A stretch of 63,957 nucleotides of DNA, filler included, from Reticulomyxa filosa (Eukaryota > Protista > Foraminifera), in NCBI GenBank assembly GCA_000512085.1. It is 15 parts of 15 records of this genome, joined end to end, with 100 filler letters (N's around TTAATTAATTAA, not from the genome) between each part and the next. Parts side by side here need not be neighbours in the genome. Positions count along the whole stretch, not along the records: positions 1 to 22,740 come from ASPP01010330.1; positions 22,841 to 26,845 come from ASPP01023900.1; positions 26,946 to 35,626 come from ASPP01010649.1; 12 more parts are not named here. One strand, given 5' to 3'. Positions 14,617 through 29,541 of this stretch are shown here, piece by piece; the first letter of the stretch is position 1, and every line of letters starts with the position of its first letter. A model generated the notes under the pieces. The model worked only from the letters and a program-made list of their open reading frames with translations, searched no databases and was not told where the DNA came from. A program made the translations under genes and the position numbers.

Positions 14617-15876
14617 ATGAACGTAGATGAAAAAATCGATTCATATGAAGATGAAGAAATTACAAAGGATAGAAGTATTGTTGAAAAAACGGATTGTGTG
14701 CTGTTCTTAGATAATGATAAAAACTGGAATAGCATAAAAATGCGAGAGCGAGAAGCACCAGTAAAGCCGAAGCTGGGAAAGAATCGACTCGAGCATCCGA
14801 GTTCGTTGATCGGTGAAAAATGGGGAACAGTGTTTGAAGTGAGAGGACCGACATTGAAAAAAATACCGACATTGGCATGGGATGTGGAGAGACAAATAAC
14901 GTTGGATAATTTGGATGAGACATCAAGAACCGGAAAAGACAATCGAGAGCTGGTGGACGATAATAAATCGCAAAAGTTGACACAAAAGGAAATTGTGTCT
15001 ATCCGTGATCAGTCTGAGGTGTCTGCAGAAATATTGATAGATAAGCTATGTGAGAACAGTACGACATTTAATACGAAGCATGAGTTAACCCAAAAAAAAT
15101 ATCGAGGTAAAAAGACAAAGAAGCATGTGCAAAGATATTTAATGCTAAGTGCCGACGGATGGAATACAAACGAGTTGTATTTTACAAAGAAATCCGAAAA
15201 GATTATGCACATGCGAATGGAGGCATTGTCACAAATTTTGACATTGGCAAATCTGTGTCCGCATAATGACACGCAAGTATTGATCGTCGAAAACTGCTCC
15301 GGTTTGGTGACTGGCGCAGTGGTGGAGCGACTGGGAGGACTCGGCAGGGTGTTCAATGGCTACAGTGAAAAACATCCTTGCATTAGTATCGCCTATGATA
15401 TGCTCGACTTGACTGCCTGGGCAAAAACGTCGATCATCAATTTCCATTTGGCTCTGTTGACAGACACCAAACTCACTAAGAAAGAACTAAATGAAAGCTG
15501 GGATTCTTCTGCCGTGTGTGGCGAACGCAAGGTCACTTTGGCCAATGTCAAAAAATGGATTTGTGATGATCTGTGCGACTCACTCATCATTTGCTGCGAA
15601 TATGATTGTCTCTCTTTGTTACAATACTTGTGGCCCTATTTGGCTCCTGGCAATCCCTTCGTCGTTTGGTCTCAACATTTACAACCTTTGATACAAGTTT
15701 TCCAATATTTGAAAACTACCAACTCTGGCTTGGCTGTCAATATAAGGTTGTACGATAATTGGTTTCGCGAATATCAGGTCTTGCCCAATCGAACACGGCC
15801 GATACTGGATATGCCTCAAATGGGAGGGTATATCGTCACTGGAATTAAAATCATCGATTTGCAGGAGAATAAATAG
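14617..15876 (+). CDS. TRM6: tRNA (adenine-58-N1)-methyltransferase non-catalytic subunit (Gcd10/TRM6)
   Basis: Intronless ORF with DNRELVDDNKSQKLTQKEI, LCENSTTFNTKHELTQKKY, MRMEALSQILTLAN, NCSGLVTGAVVERLGG and WFREYQVLPNRTRP, all typical of Gcd10p. Confidence 0.92.
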   Translation: MNVDEKIDSYEDEEITKDRSIVEKTDCVLFLDNDKNWNSIKMREREAPVKPKLGKNRLEHPSSLIGEKWGTVFEVRGPTLKKIPTLAWDVERQITLDNLDETSRTGKDNRELVDDNKSQKLTQKEIVSIRDQSEVSAEILIDKLCENSTTFNTKHELTQKKYRGKKTKKHVQRYLMLSADGWNTNELYFTKKSEKIMHMRMEALSQILTLANLCPHNDTQVLIVENCSGLVTGAVVERLGGLGRVFNGYSEKHPCISIAYDMLDLTAWAKTSIINFHLALLTDTKLTKKELNESWDSSAVCGERKVTLANVKKWICDDLCDSLIICCEYDCLSLLQYLWPYLAPGNPFVVWSQHLQPLIQVFQYLKTTNSGLAVNIRLYDNWFREYQVLPNRTRPILDMPQMGGYIVTGIKIIDLQENK

Positions 15877-16202
15877 TTGTCACGTTTTTTTTTTTTTTTT
15901 TTGCTTTTGCTATTATTGTCATTATCATTGCATCCTATTCTTTGCAAAACTTTTTGATTACAGCTTCCCTTTCTTCAATTCCCACAGCTTTTCCGTCTTG
16001 ATTGCAATATTGTCAATGCAACACCTCATTCTTTTTTCGAAATTACTTTAATCAATCAATTATCTTTCAACACCTTTTTTTTTGGTAATGCAAAAACGAA
16101 AAAATACAATCATATACGGCACAATTATTTTTTTGTAAGTCTGTCTTTGCATACTACCAACTGAACTTAAACCAAAAGCTGCGCTTTCCCCGGAATTGGT
16201 AC

Positions 16203-18564
16203 ATGGAAATCTGGGCAAAAACATTTCCAGTGATTTCGAAACGTTTTTTGCATTTCAGAAATAGCAAGCAGTGGTTAAACAAGCCTTTGTGTGTATCTAG
16301 ACTATTTCATTCCCAACTAGCAGCAGTATACCCAAAAGACATGTCAAATCCAAAATGGCCCAGCCCAAAAGAGCGTTTATTAAGATTGCGAGAACAAATG
16401 AAAAAAGACAGCATTGATGCATTTCTTCAAGGAAGCGAGGATGCTCATCAAGTGCGTTTTTTGTAACTCGATGGTTTATGCTTGGAAATGTCGCGTTTTT
16501 CCGTTGTTGTTTTTTTTTTTAAGATGAAAACGATGAAAAAAAACGAATAAAACATAAAAAAAACAGAGCGAATACGTGGCAGACCGAGACAAACGTGTGG
16601 CGTTTATATCAACATTCACAGGTAGTGCAGGTACAGTAGTGGTAACTCAAAAAGAGGCACTGCTATGGACTGATGGCAGATACTTTATTCAAGCAAAGCA
16701 ACAATTGTCCGATGAATGGACGTTAATGAAAGCAGGATTGCCCGAGACTCCAAGCACTACCTCGTGGATTGCACAAGTTAATTCGTACATGTGAACGCAT
16801 GCACACAGCATTGCAAACTTAATATTCACTGTATATGTGCGTGCATAAGTCAGGATTATATACTCACACCCAAACATTAACACAAAAAAAAAAAAAAAAA
16901 AGAACGTGAAAGGAACACTGGGGATTGATCCTTATTTAACAAGCGTCAGTGGATATGACTCATTGGCGCAAAGTTGTAACGAAAAGCAAACGAAAATCAA
17001 ACTGTTGGATAACAATCCAATTGACACAGTTTGGAATGACAATCAACCTGAATATCCACAGGAGAAGGTTCGTATACATAGCTTGGAATACGCAGGTGAA
17101 ACCGCGAAGAGCAAAATTGAAAAGATTGTGACAGAGATAAAAAAAAACAAGGCCAGCGCTTTGATTGTGACATCGTTGGACAGCATTGCCTGGTTGTTGA
17201 ATCTTCGTGGAAATGACATTCGTTACAACCCGGTATTCTTTTCCTATGTATTGATCACGGAGGATGGGGAATGCAAGCTTTTCATTGATTCGAAGAAAGT
17301 CAAAGCCGAGACTGGTGACAAAGAAAAAAAATCAGAGGACGGTAATGAAGAGGTGAAACAAGAGTCAGTGGAGTTGTATTTGAAAGAGCAATGTCATGTC
17401 AGTATCCATGGTTATGACGAATTAATTTCTCATATCAAACAAATACTTTCCAATAAACCTTTGCAAAAAATTATGTGTAGTAGCCATTGCTGTAATGTTG
17501 CCATTTGGAATACTTTGCCTTTGGAAAATCGCTGTGATAAAGACAGCCCCATTGAGTTTCTTAAGGCTATCAAAAATAAACACGAATTAAATGGAATGCG
17601 AGACTGCCATTTGCGTGATGGAGTCGCAAAGACCAAATTCTTGGCTTGGATCGATACTGTCAAATCCTCCAATTCGTTGCATAAACATACGGAGTGCACA
17701 TTTGCCGAGAAATTGTTGTCTTTTCGCAAGTTTTGTGTTTTTTTTTTTTGTAATAATAATAACAATTGTTGCTATCATTTGTTATCTTCTTGTGCTTACT
17801 TTTAAAGAGATCAAAAGACGTTCTTGGATTTGTCATTTGAAACAATATCCTCTGTTGGAGCAAATGGTGCTATAATTCATTATGCTCCGACACCAGACAC
17901 ATGTGCAAAAATCAGTGAAGGCATGTATTTGGTTGATAGTGGTGGTCAATATGTCAATGGCACCACTGATGTGACTCGGACTACTCATTTGGGGAAACCA
18001 ACACCTCATGAAAAAGAATGCTTTACTCGGGTGTTGAAAGGTGTAATTGCTTTGAGCAGAGTTGTCTTTCCTTATGACACTAAGGGCCCTTTTCTAGATA
18101 CTTTGGCGAGAATGCATTTGTGGCAAAGTGGCTTGGATTATCGACATGGAACTGGACATGGAGTCGGTGCTGGATTGAATGTTCATGAAGGGCCTATCGG
18201 ATTCAGTGCATCCATTGCCCGAAAAAAATTATTTGAATATGGCTTAAGAGAAGGCATTTGTATCACCAACGAGCCTGGTTATTACGAAGAAGGCAAATTT
18301 GGTATTCGCATTGAAAATGTCATGGTTGTTGTTCCAATAGCTACTAAATATCAGTTTCAAGATATTCAGTTTTATGGATTCGAAACCATTACATTAGTTC
18401 CAATTGATAGACAACTCATTGATATCAGTTTGATGAACCAAGATGAAATTCTTTGGTTGGATCAATATCATTCACTTGTTTTTGAGAAATTAGCACCTTT
18501 CATGGACGAAGATTATCAACTTCGATTTTTGAAACAAGCTACTGCGCCTTTGCTCAACAAGTAA
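16203..18564 (+). CDS. Xaa-Pro aminopeptidase P (M24B, XPNPEP1-like); exons 16203-16451, 16567-16776, 16903-17729, 17808-18564
   Basis: Splicing at GT-AG sites restores EDAHQ|SEYV. Motifs: FTGSAG, WTDGRY, AWLLNLRGNDI, DSGGQY..GTTDVTRT, HGTGHGVG..LNVHEGP, NEPGYY, GIRIEN. Confidence 0.93.
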
Positions 18565-19490
18565 ACTCCTTCCACCTGAAGAAAACTCTGTTAGTATGCT
18601 GTTCTTTGAATTTGTTGTGCAGTTGGTGTTTCTTTTGTGACACAATAATCGTGTATTTGTAATCTTACTTCGGAATCATTCTCACGAACAAAAACGCTGT
18701 TTTTACAACTACATTTTTGATGTTTCTTGATCAAAATGTTCCCAATTTTTTATCATTGACGAACATTGCAACTTTTTTTCTCCAAATATGTCGAAAATTG
18801 AAGCACCTACCTTAACATGAAAACGTACCTGCTTCTCATAAGTTGTTGAATAAATGCAGTAAGTTTGAAGACAAGACCAACAGGGGAAAAAGGTGTTAAA
18901 AGTTCAGAAACATTAGTAGCAAAATAAGATAATCCGTGGAATTTACGAACTTTACTGTATGAGCAAGCGAGCCCTTGAGCTTGTATGTTCGAGTGATGTT
19001 TTTTGTTGATCTACAATTTTCATTGGCTTAGAGAGGCACACTGGCCCGGCTCATTAGCAAGTTGCTCATTTTATGATATTTTCTTATGAACATGATAAAT
19101 TTGAAAGGCGGTTGCTTAAAACAACAAACGGATTAAAAAATTAACGTGCTTTGCAATTTTTATACGTTTTTAAAAATGAAAACAAAAAAATATCGGCGAC
19201 AATACACCGCGAAACCCTTTCATTTCGTTCATTGTTTTGTAATGATGAGAGCGAACGAGCAAAACCTCGATTTTATTGAAGAGAATACGCATTAACAACA
19301 CAACCCAATGAATAACATCAGTAGAGAAAACAATAAGAGAAAAAAAAGATTGACAACAGAACTAACACTACAAAAATGCTTGAGACTTTTCAAGCACAAG
19401 ACCAACTTACTGACAAACACGTCTTCCAAAACACTCACAAAACGTTTAGTACAAAAATTCTTCTCAAGGGTTTATAAACTACATAATGAT

Positions 19491-21639
<2,149 letters not shown>

Positions 21640-22148
21640 ATTTTATTTTTGTTTTAGTAATTATATTGCTTTTGTGGAAGTTACCTTCAACTGCTCGCAT
21701 TAAAAAGTGAGTACAATAAACTCAAAAATAGTCTCAATATTTCAAATGAAAATGTTTGATCAAAGCAAAAAAATATATCGTTGCAGCTATTTAATAAAGA
21801 AAAAAGCGATAAATTAATACACTTAAAATATGTATCATCTAACAGTTACATACGAGGATTGACCAACTCATATTTTCTTTTGTCTACTAATGTTTTTGAT
21901 CGATCTTTTTGCATTAACGTGCACAAGTAAGTTTTTAAAAAATTAGTTGCAGACTTTAAAACAAAAAAACCAAAGACAGTACTTAAGCATTTTATATTCT
22001 TGAAGCAATTCAATTTAAAATCGAAAAGCTTGTAACTTTTTTGAGAATAATGATAAGAGTTTGGAGACACTCTTTAATTATTTTTTTCCCTCATTTTAAT
22101 TTCTATACATCATAAGAAATAATGGCTATCTGAAGCAAGTGAAAACTA

Positions 22149-22740
22149 ATGGAGTTTGTGGGAGAACACAAAAGAGCTGACGTTTTAGAAGAAAACGTTG
22201 ACAATGAGGAAGAAAACGATGACGAACTCCCTCGAGGCAAGCCAATGCGCGGATACTTTGGAAACGAGCAACCGCGAGAAAAAGAGGTGAAGACAAGAGC
22301 AAGTGTGCTTTCGCCAAAGGGAAAGACGTCAAAAAAAATGATGAGTAGTGGGCGTGTAAGTAAAAGTAGGGAGTCACAAATGCAGAAGCGAGACGTGCCT
22401 GAAATGAAGCAAAGCCAGACACTGGCATCACCTCCAATAACACCACGCAAGCGTGAGGAATCGAAAGCGAAGATATTTGATAGCGATAGTTTATCATTGT
22501 CATTGTTAGACCACGAGACAACGATTTCACCAAAGGCAAAAGCGCAAGCAAAAGCAAAAGCAAAGGCAAAGAAGAAGTTAAAATTGAAGCAAAGCCCGAA
22601 ATCGCGATCCGGATTGGTTTCGAAAGCAAAGGACACGGAGCAGCCAATTGCAAGAGCAATGGGTTCGATGGCAAAGTTAATTAAGCAAGCGACAATGACA
22701 TCAATATCAGCAACAGCAGTCGCACTGGAGACAGCGACAG
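22149..22740 (+). CDS. Hypothetical Lys/Ala/Ser-rich low-complexity protein, truncated by contig end
   Basis: About 197 open codons from an ATG, with an AKAKAK tract and no recognisable domain. Confidence 0.4.
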
Positions 22741-22840
22741 NNNNNNNNNNNNNNNNNNNNNNNNNNNNNNNNNNNNNNNNNNNNTTAATTAATTAANNNN
22801 NNNNNNNNNNNNNNNNNNNNNNNNNNNNNNNNNNNNNNNN
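22741..22840. other. Artificial contig spacer N-TTAATTAATTAA-N, first of 14. Others at ~26846, 35627, 39468, 40933, 43460, 44928, 49475, 52076, 53281, 55324, 56868, 60556, 62186.
   Basis: Near-identical ~100-nt blocks whose central 12-mer has stops in all six frames. Confidence 0.97.
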
Positions 22841-24359
22841 CCCCTTTTTTTTTGGTGCTGCTGAAGATTTACATGTTTTGATAATGTATCATCGGATTGA
22901 TTGTGTTGTACACCTACCTGTGGCTTTTCCTCTGTTTGCTCGTTTTTGTATCAGACATTTTTCCAACTGATGATAATTCCGAAAAAAGAGGAGCTTTTCA
23001 GCTTCGTCCCGAACTGAATCGTCTAACTTTGTTATTCTTTGTTTTTCAGAATCCTTTTTATAAGATAGTAAGTGTTCTGATAATCAAATATTAAAATATT
23101 AGACTGAAATGTTTTGAAGTAAGTTTTAGCTTGTTTGGTCATAATAAAATGATAAAAACATGACCCCGTTAAACAGATGAATGTAACAATAAAAAAAATT
23201 TACGTAAACAAGTCTCACAAAAAAAAAAAAACTAAAGCGTACAGAAATATTGAGAAGCTTCATTGTAACAATCGATCCCACTGTTGTGGTGATTTTTTGT
23301 AATTCTACACGCTGAGTATTATACACCATCAATTTCGATCGATGAAGAAAAAGTAATATTGTAAACTTTATTTTGATGTTGAAAGTAGTATACGATCGAA
23401 TATCTGATTTATTTATTTATTTATTAACAATTTCATGTATTATGCACTTTCGGCAAATAGCAAAAAAAATGGTACACTCGCTTGACTGTGAAGATAGATA
23501 CACAGCGTCAACCTGAATGTTGCCAATGTCAGTAGAAACCACAATAGAAAAACGTATTTGTTTAGGCCGTGATGACAGCACCTTTTTTTCGAATGGTGTT
23601 GTCGTTTTGAGTGTCTTGGGTTTACATTGACTTTCTTCTTTTTAGGTAACTGTTGCGGTTTTGCAGAGGATTGCATTGGAGAAGGAGTCCTCGAGAAGCG
23701 AGTTCCATGTTGAATACTTTTGGATTGTTAGATTGTTTGAAGAGAAGAGCCAAACCACATTCGTAATGTTCAAGAGAACTTTTTCGAAAAGGAGAAACTT
23801 TTTCTCTTCCAGAGAAAAGTCATTACTTAAGAAAAAGTAAGTGTTCATTCAAAAAAATAATTTTAATTCAATTATCTGTAATTAATCCGTTTTTTAGAAT
23901 CACAAATGTAGAACCAAAAATGAAATAATATGCAAAAATTTTAACAATTCTTTTTTTCAAGTTATTTTATCAAAATGTGAAAATATTTTTAAAAAATTGC
24001 AAATTTGCATCTTTTTTATAAACATTTATTAGTTTTGCATTTATGTCTTACTTAAGAAAAAAGGTCTTTTTTGTTGTTGTGTCTCTCGTACCAGTTCGTA
24101 ATTATGGTGATATATGCCTTCTTCGCAAAACACTGGTACGTCTTTATTCTGTTTTTTAAACAATTTTGCAACTTAAAAGAGTGTGTTTGTTTTTTTTAAC
24201 AGACTCAGCACTTTAATAAAAAAATAATAATTTTTCTATGTGGATGCTTTGCATCCTTCAGCAAAAGAAAAATAATATATTGAATATGGGGTAAGGCCCC
24301 CCGTCTCCGCAAGGAGTACTAAAGGTTTGTTATATTTATTTATTTATATTTTTTTGACA

Positions 24360-26845
24360 TAATTGACTGTGTTTGTTTTTCATTAACAGCCGCAACCCGT
24401 CTATCCAAAAAAAAACATTGTATACGTCCAACTCCCAACTCCCTACAAAGAACAATTTCAGGGTTGAAGCAACCAGGCGTTGAAAAAAAAATGATAGAGT
24501 TTGTATCTTTTATTTTTTTATTTTTATTTTTTTTATATTAAGTGTTTGTATGTTGTCAATAGGCATGCCCCCATCAAAAAAATTTATTTGCCCCTCCCTG
24601 TCACAAAAGAAAAAAAAAATAGGTGATGGACTTAGAGCTTTAAGCTCCAATGCAAAAAGTATGTTTTTGTTTTTTTTAAAAAAATGAAAAAATTATTTCA
24701 ATTTGAATGTCTGTTTAATAGGACTCAATGCAAAAAAAAGTTGGAAAGTTTTTATTTTTTTATTTCATTTTTTATTTTTCATTTCTGTTGAGGTGGGAGG
24801 GTAGTTCAAATGTGGAGGGAAAATAATGGAAAAAAAGGGAGAGAAAAAGTTGGTAAAAAAAGATATTGAAAAAATGAATTGGAAAGGGGAAAAAGAATGC
24901 CAAAAGGGGGTGAAAAGAAAGTAGAAAAAGGGGGAAAAGGAAATATAGAAAGGGGGGAAAGAAAGTATAGAAGTGGCGGGGAGGGGTGTGCAATTTTATT
25001 TAAGAAAAATGAAAAAAAAAGAAAAATAAAATGAAGAATGAAAAATAAAAAAAAATGAAAAAATGTTGAAAAATAAAGAGAAAAATAAAATAAAAAAAAG
25101 AAGACAATGTGAAAAAAAAGAATAAAAGATTAAAAAGATAAAAAAAAGAAAGAAAAAAGAAAAAAAGATAAAGAAAATTTAAAAAAAATTTCAACAATCA
25201 ACGAGCGGATACTGGTCGTTTACGTGATCGTTTTCGCACTTTGGATTTTATCGTGAGTTTGTCTGATCGCAAATGCAACAAGGTCTGATGAACTTCGTAT
25301 TTGGAAGACGTTCGTTATGTGGTGGCAATGGAACATTGTGGCAAAATTTTCACAGACAAATCGCAAACAATCTGGACATTGTTGCCTATCGATACGAAAG
25401 CAAGCGCGCAAGAAGAAGAAAAAGAAGACTCAAAGTGAAAACGATATCGACATGGCGATATCAGCAACGGCTGCAGCGACTGGACTTACGAAGGAGTGGA
25501 GACGAAGGAGTGGAGACGATGAAGAAAATATTGTGACGTTGTTAAAAAATATATAGATTAAGCAAACAACTACATAGGGAGAATCGTTCAGTGTGAAAGT
25601 GGATAGATTCGGCGGAGGAGTTGTGCGAAATTCGCATCAAGACATAAAGAGTTGGCCGGCTTTATTGAAATTGGTAATAATTTGCTCTTTACGCCTCGAA
25701 ACACGCAAAATCGCTACTCTTGGACGTATACTAACTTCAAATAGAGCACCCTAATGGAAAGTATTAAACAAATATGGCATGTCTAGCAGTGATGCCACGA
25801 AGTATTTCAAAGAACTTGTTTACCATCAACGTAAACAGAAACAAGTCTCTGGTGCTGTGTCACGACAACAATTAGCCGCAAAGTTGGTGTCGAACTTTGA
25901 GCTACTGGTACCAACGAACAATGGAAACTTGGTTGTAATGGAAATGGATTGCTAATTTTATAAACACAGGACAATAACCGAAACTGATTGTGTGTGTGCG
26001 CATATGCGCAAATGTTGGTTTTTGAATTATGCGCGTGTTGATGAGATAAATGATAAGCTCTCAGGCGACACTAATTATTGATAATTAGTGAATATATAGA
26101 ACTTGTTGCATTTTTTAACTCCATCACCGCAAGAGCTGTTTGTCTTGCATTTGTGGAACAAACACATAATATCTTTATCAAACTGCCTATTGGATCGACT
26201 ATTGACCACGGGCGACGTGTTGGATGGGTTCGAGAAAGCAAGAAAGAAGAATGGTATTGAATACGCCGAAAATAAAAAAATACAAATGGTATCCTCCATC
26301 ATCGTATCTCCAATACAAAAATTGTTGAATATACGTATGTTAATGGATGCGAAAATTTCCAACCACGACCATTAGCAATGCCAAAGTATGTTTCACACCA
26401 CAAGAGCGATGAGAACGAATGAATCTGGTATGCTATTGAAACCATCACAGAGAATTCTCACAGTTCAATCGCCAACGATCTGGATCTTGGCCCTGTTCGA
26501 CTACGAAGGCAAGTTTGTCAAGAATAAAGGAAAAAAAAAGACGTGATAATATCGCGCAAAATGAAAACGACGAAATGATATCGATATTGCAGTATCGCAA
26601 TAACAGCAGCGACTAGATTGGCCGAAGAAACGCAAGGTAAAGAAGAAGCGGACGTTTATGAAATACATAACCACACATAGAGGTCGGGTGAGCACACTCT
26701 CACATGGAGTATTCTTCCGATATCGTGATTCAATTTGGTATGATTTTTGTGAAACTCCAAGCAAACAAGAGGAGGGGGATGATGATCATGATGATAAATA
26801 GAAAGAAGATTTCGAGAATACCGCGTTGGATTTGTTTTTTTTTTT
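24360..26845 (+). repeat. Copy of a degenerate dispersed repeat or pseudogene family
   Basis: Collinear similarity to 49594-52075: ATTGACT...TGTATACGTCCAACTCCCAACTC...GGGTTGAAGC...AATAGGCATGCC, a long purine tract, GTTTTCGCACTTTG, GTTGTGCGAAA. Confidence 0.75.
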
Positions 26846-26945
26846 NNNNNNNNNNNNNNNNNNNNNNNNNNNNNNNNNNNNNNNNNNNNTTAATTAATTA
26901 ANNNNNNNNNNNNNNNNNNNNNNNNNNNNNNNNNNNNNNNNNNNN

Positions 26946-26985
<40 letters not shown>

Positions 26986-27601
26986 AACCCAAGTTTGACA
27001 TATTTTTCTTCTTTGGTATCGAAAGCATAAATATCAGGAGGGACAGGTGTGGCCGAGTTGTCTTTGACACCGCCCAAGATGAATAACTTTTTTTCATCGT
27101 CGACAAAGCACGTGTGATATGCCCTCGGTGGTGGGGGCACGTTTTTGGGTACAATGGCATGCCAGCATTGCTTGTGCAAATCGACTTTCCACAAGTCATT
27201 GAGAAACGTGTTTCCGCGTTGTCCACCAAACAACAGAAATTGGTTGTCGCCGAAATAGGTAATGTGACTCCCTCTGCGTCCACAGGGTCCTCCGACAAAG
27301 GGCAGCGACTCCATTCGCAGCGGTCTTTTGCACAGCAGCGACTCCACTTGTTCCATGCTGTCGTCGTAGCTCACGTCGGTCGTCGTCTTGTATTTCGTCT
27401 CTCCAAAGCTTCGCAGCGACGACTTCAGAATCGCTGTGGGCAGGTTCTTGCAGAGCAGTAGGTCGTCCAAATACGTGTCTTGACACTTTCCTCCAAACAA
27501 CAACACGTGCTCCGCGTTTGCTCCAAACGCCGTTGCTGCATGATCTGCTCGAGGCATCGGAGAAAAGTGATTCGTTAAACCAATGTATTCACACGGATAA
27601 C

Positions 27602-27638
<37 letters not shown>

Positions 27639-28046
27639 GATACTGCTCCTCTTCATATACTCCTCCTTTTCCATTTCGCTTTCATCTACATAATTGTAAT
27701 TACTACTGTTACTATTCTCCTTCACACTATCATTCCAATCTCTTACAACTCGCGTTCCCGTTTTTGCGCTGTCATTCTTCCTCATTGTCCGGCGTTTTCC
27801 TAAAATCTGAATCCACTGTCGAGATTCCAAATCCAATAAATACATGTCGTCGTAGTATCTTCGATTCTGGTGCAGCGATGACTCCCCAAACGCCACCAAC
27901 AACATCGTGTCGCAGTGCGAACCATAGTCCCCATGCACCGTCAAACTATGACCACAACGTGGCAACGGCCCGTTGCTTGCTGTTTCCAGGATCTCCCATT
28001 GTCCGGCAAACGCTGTTTGCTGATTGTGGCAATCTGTGCTTTTCAT
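26946..28046 (-). CDS. Kelch-repeat beta-propeller protein with poly-Asn insert, 3' partial
   Basis: PRCGHSLT, PRADHAAT..LLFGG..YLDDL, RRGSHIT..LLFGG..FLNDLW, PRAYHTC..LFILGG. Confidence 0.85.
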
Positions 28047-29541
28047 CTTACTTCTTTTTTTCCTAATACTTTTGTCTGATTTTATCCTTTTTTTTTTTTG
28101 ATACAACAATGAGGCTCGAGATATATTTAAAAAATTAGACAATTTCAAAATAGATAAAAATAATCGAAATGGAAAAAAATATTATCCCCTTCTCTTTTCT
28201 CCGTCTGCAAAGCACGCGAAGAAATGCACAAAAACAAAAAATATCACCTCGTACAAAAGTAAGCCGTTTACTGGAGTTGCGTTTTAATTAATTCGCACAA
28301 ATATCACTACCTTCAAACACGAATGCTAAATTAATTTTGGATGAATCGTACTCTTATAGTATTCATACATTTATCTTTTTCTACTGTACACCGAATTTTT
28401 CTCATCCATTTCAATGAATTATGCAGTAAATGTCACTTTATGATAACATGCCCAAGCTAAATTAGTACAAAATAACACTGAAGATTGCGACATTGCGAGC
28501 GAAACAAAGTGCAAAAATTATAAGTTAGTAAATTATTTGTGAAGTGTGCATACGCCGCTTGATTAAGATTATCATATTATAACAATGGACTTAAAACTTT
28601 CAGTAGAAAAAAGGTTCAGATAAGTGAAACGTGATACATTGAGAATGCACAGTCATTCAACAGTGCCTTACGTTTTTTAACATACATTTGTGAACAAATT
28701 ATTTTGACTTGTGCTTGTAAGTGGTAACATTAGGATTATCTACATGTATTATAAAAAATATCCTTTTAACTTAACGTTTTTAAATAATTTGAATATAAAA
28801 AATTTCAACTTTGTGAATTGCTACAATCCATTTCGACAAACAAATCAAAAAGAATAAAACCTTTTTTTTAGTTTTTTTAAAACTTTAAAAAAAATTTTCA
28901 TATATCTTCTCACACAGCTTCAAAGGCTAGTTGCTTGAGAAACACAACAGAACTGACAAGAATCTTAGTATTAAAACGTTCTGTTTTTGGAACTTTTCGA
29001 ACAACACTCAAACTGGCTTCAGTAACGTGCACATTACATTTCTCAATTTGTTCAGCAGCACTCTACAAGTACAAGTAATTGAATTGTTTGTTGTTGTTGA
29101 ATTTTGCTATCGCTATTTAAAAATTGCGCTTTTGCTTGGCTACCAATTGTTTAAAGTTTGAAACACAAGACAATTGTTTCATAGTAACTTTTTGTCATTA
29201 AATGTGCATTCAATTAGACTATTTAATAGAAACTACCTTATGAATATGACTATTGATATTTCGTTTAGATTTTAGCACAGACTAGCTGTGCGGAGTGTTT
29301 TTTTTAGATACAAAAGTTGCAAAGAAGACAACCTTCAAAGAAGCAAACAATTTTTTTAGAAAAATCAGAACATAACAGAAAAGCAATTAATTTTGACAAC
29401 TAGTCCCAAATTAACCAAACAAAGTGCGGACAAACGAGCACAAGCCAGAAAGACCTTCCCGCCTGAGCTTCGCGCACAAAGTAATTGACAACTCACATTT
29501 GTTCCTCACAAAGTGTTGTGGGGTAGTGTTATGTTTAACTC

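Noticed and set aside
22785-22796. Recurrent palindrome TTAATTAATTAA
   Set aside because: Always centred in N-runs, so it is an artificial six-frame-stop contig linker.
23440-23848. Possible minus-strand exon(s)
   Set aside because: No consistent frame or domain could be supported.
24772-25197. Phe-rich membrane-protein-like ORFs (also 49999-50205)
   Set aside because: They are antisense readings of low-complexity purine tracts.
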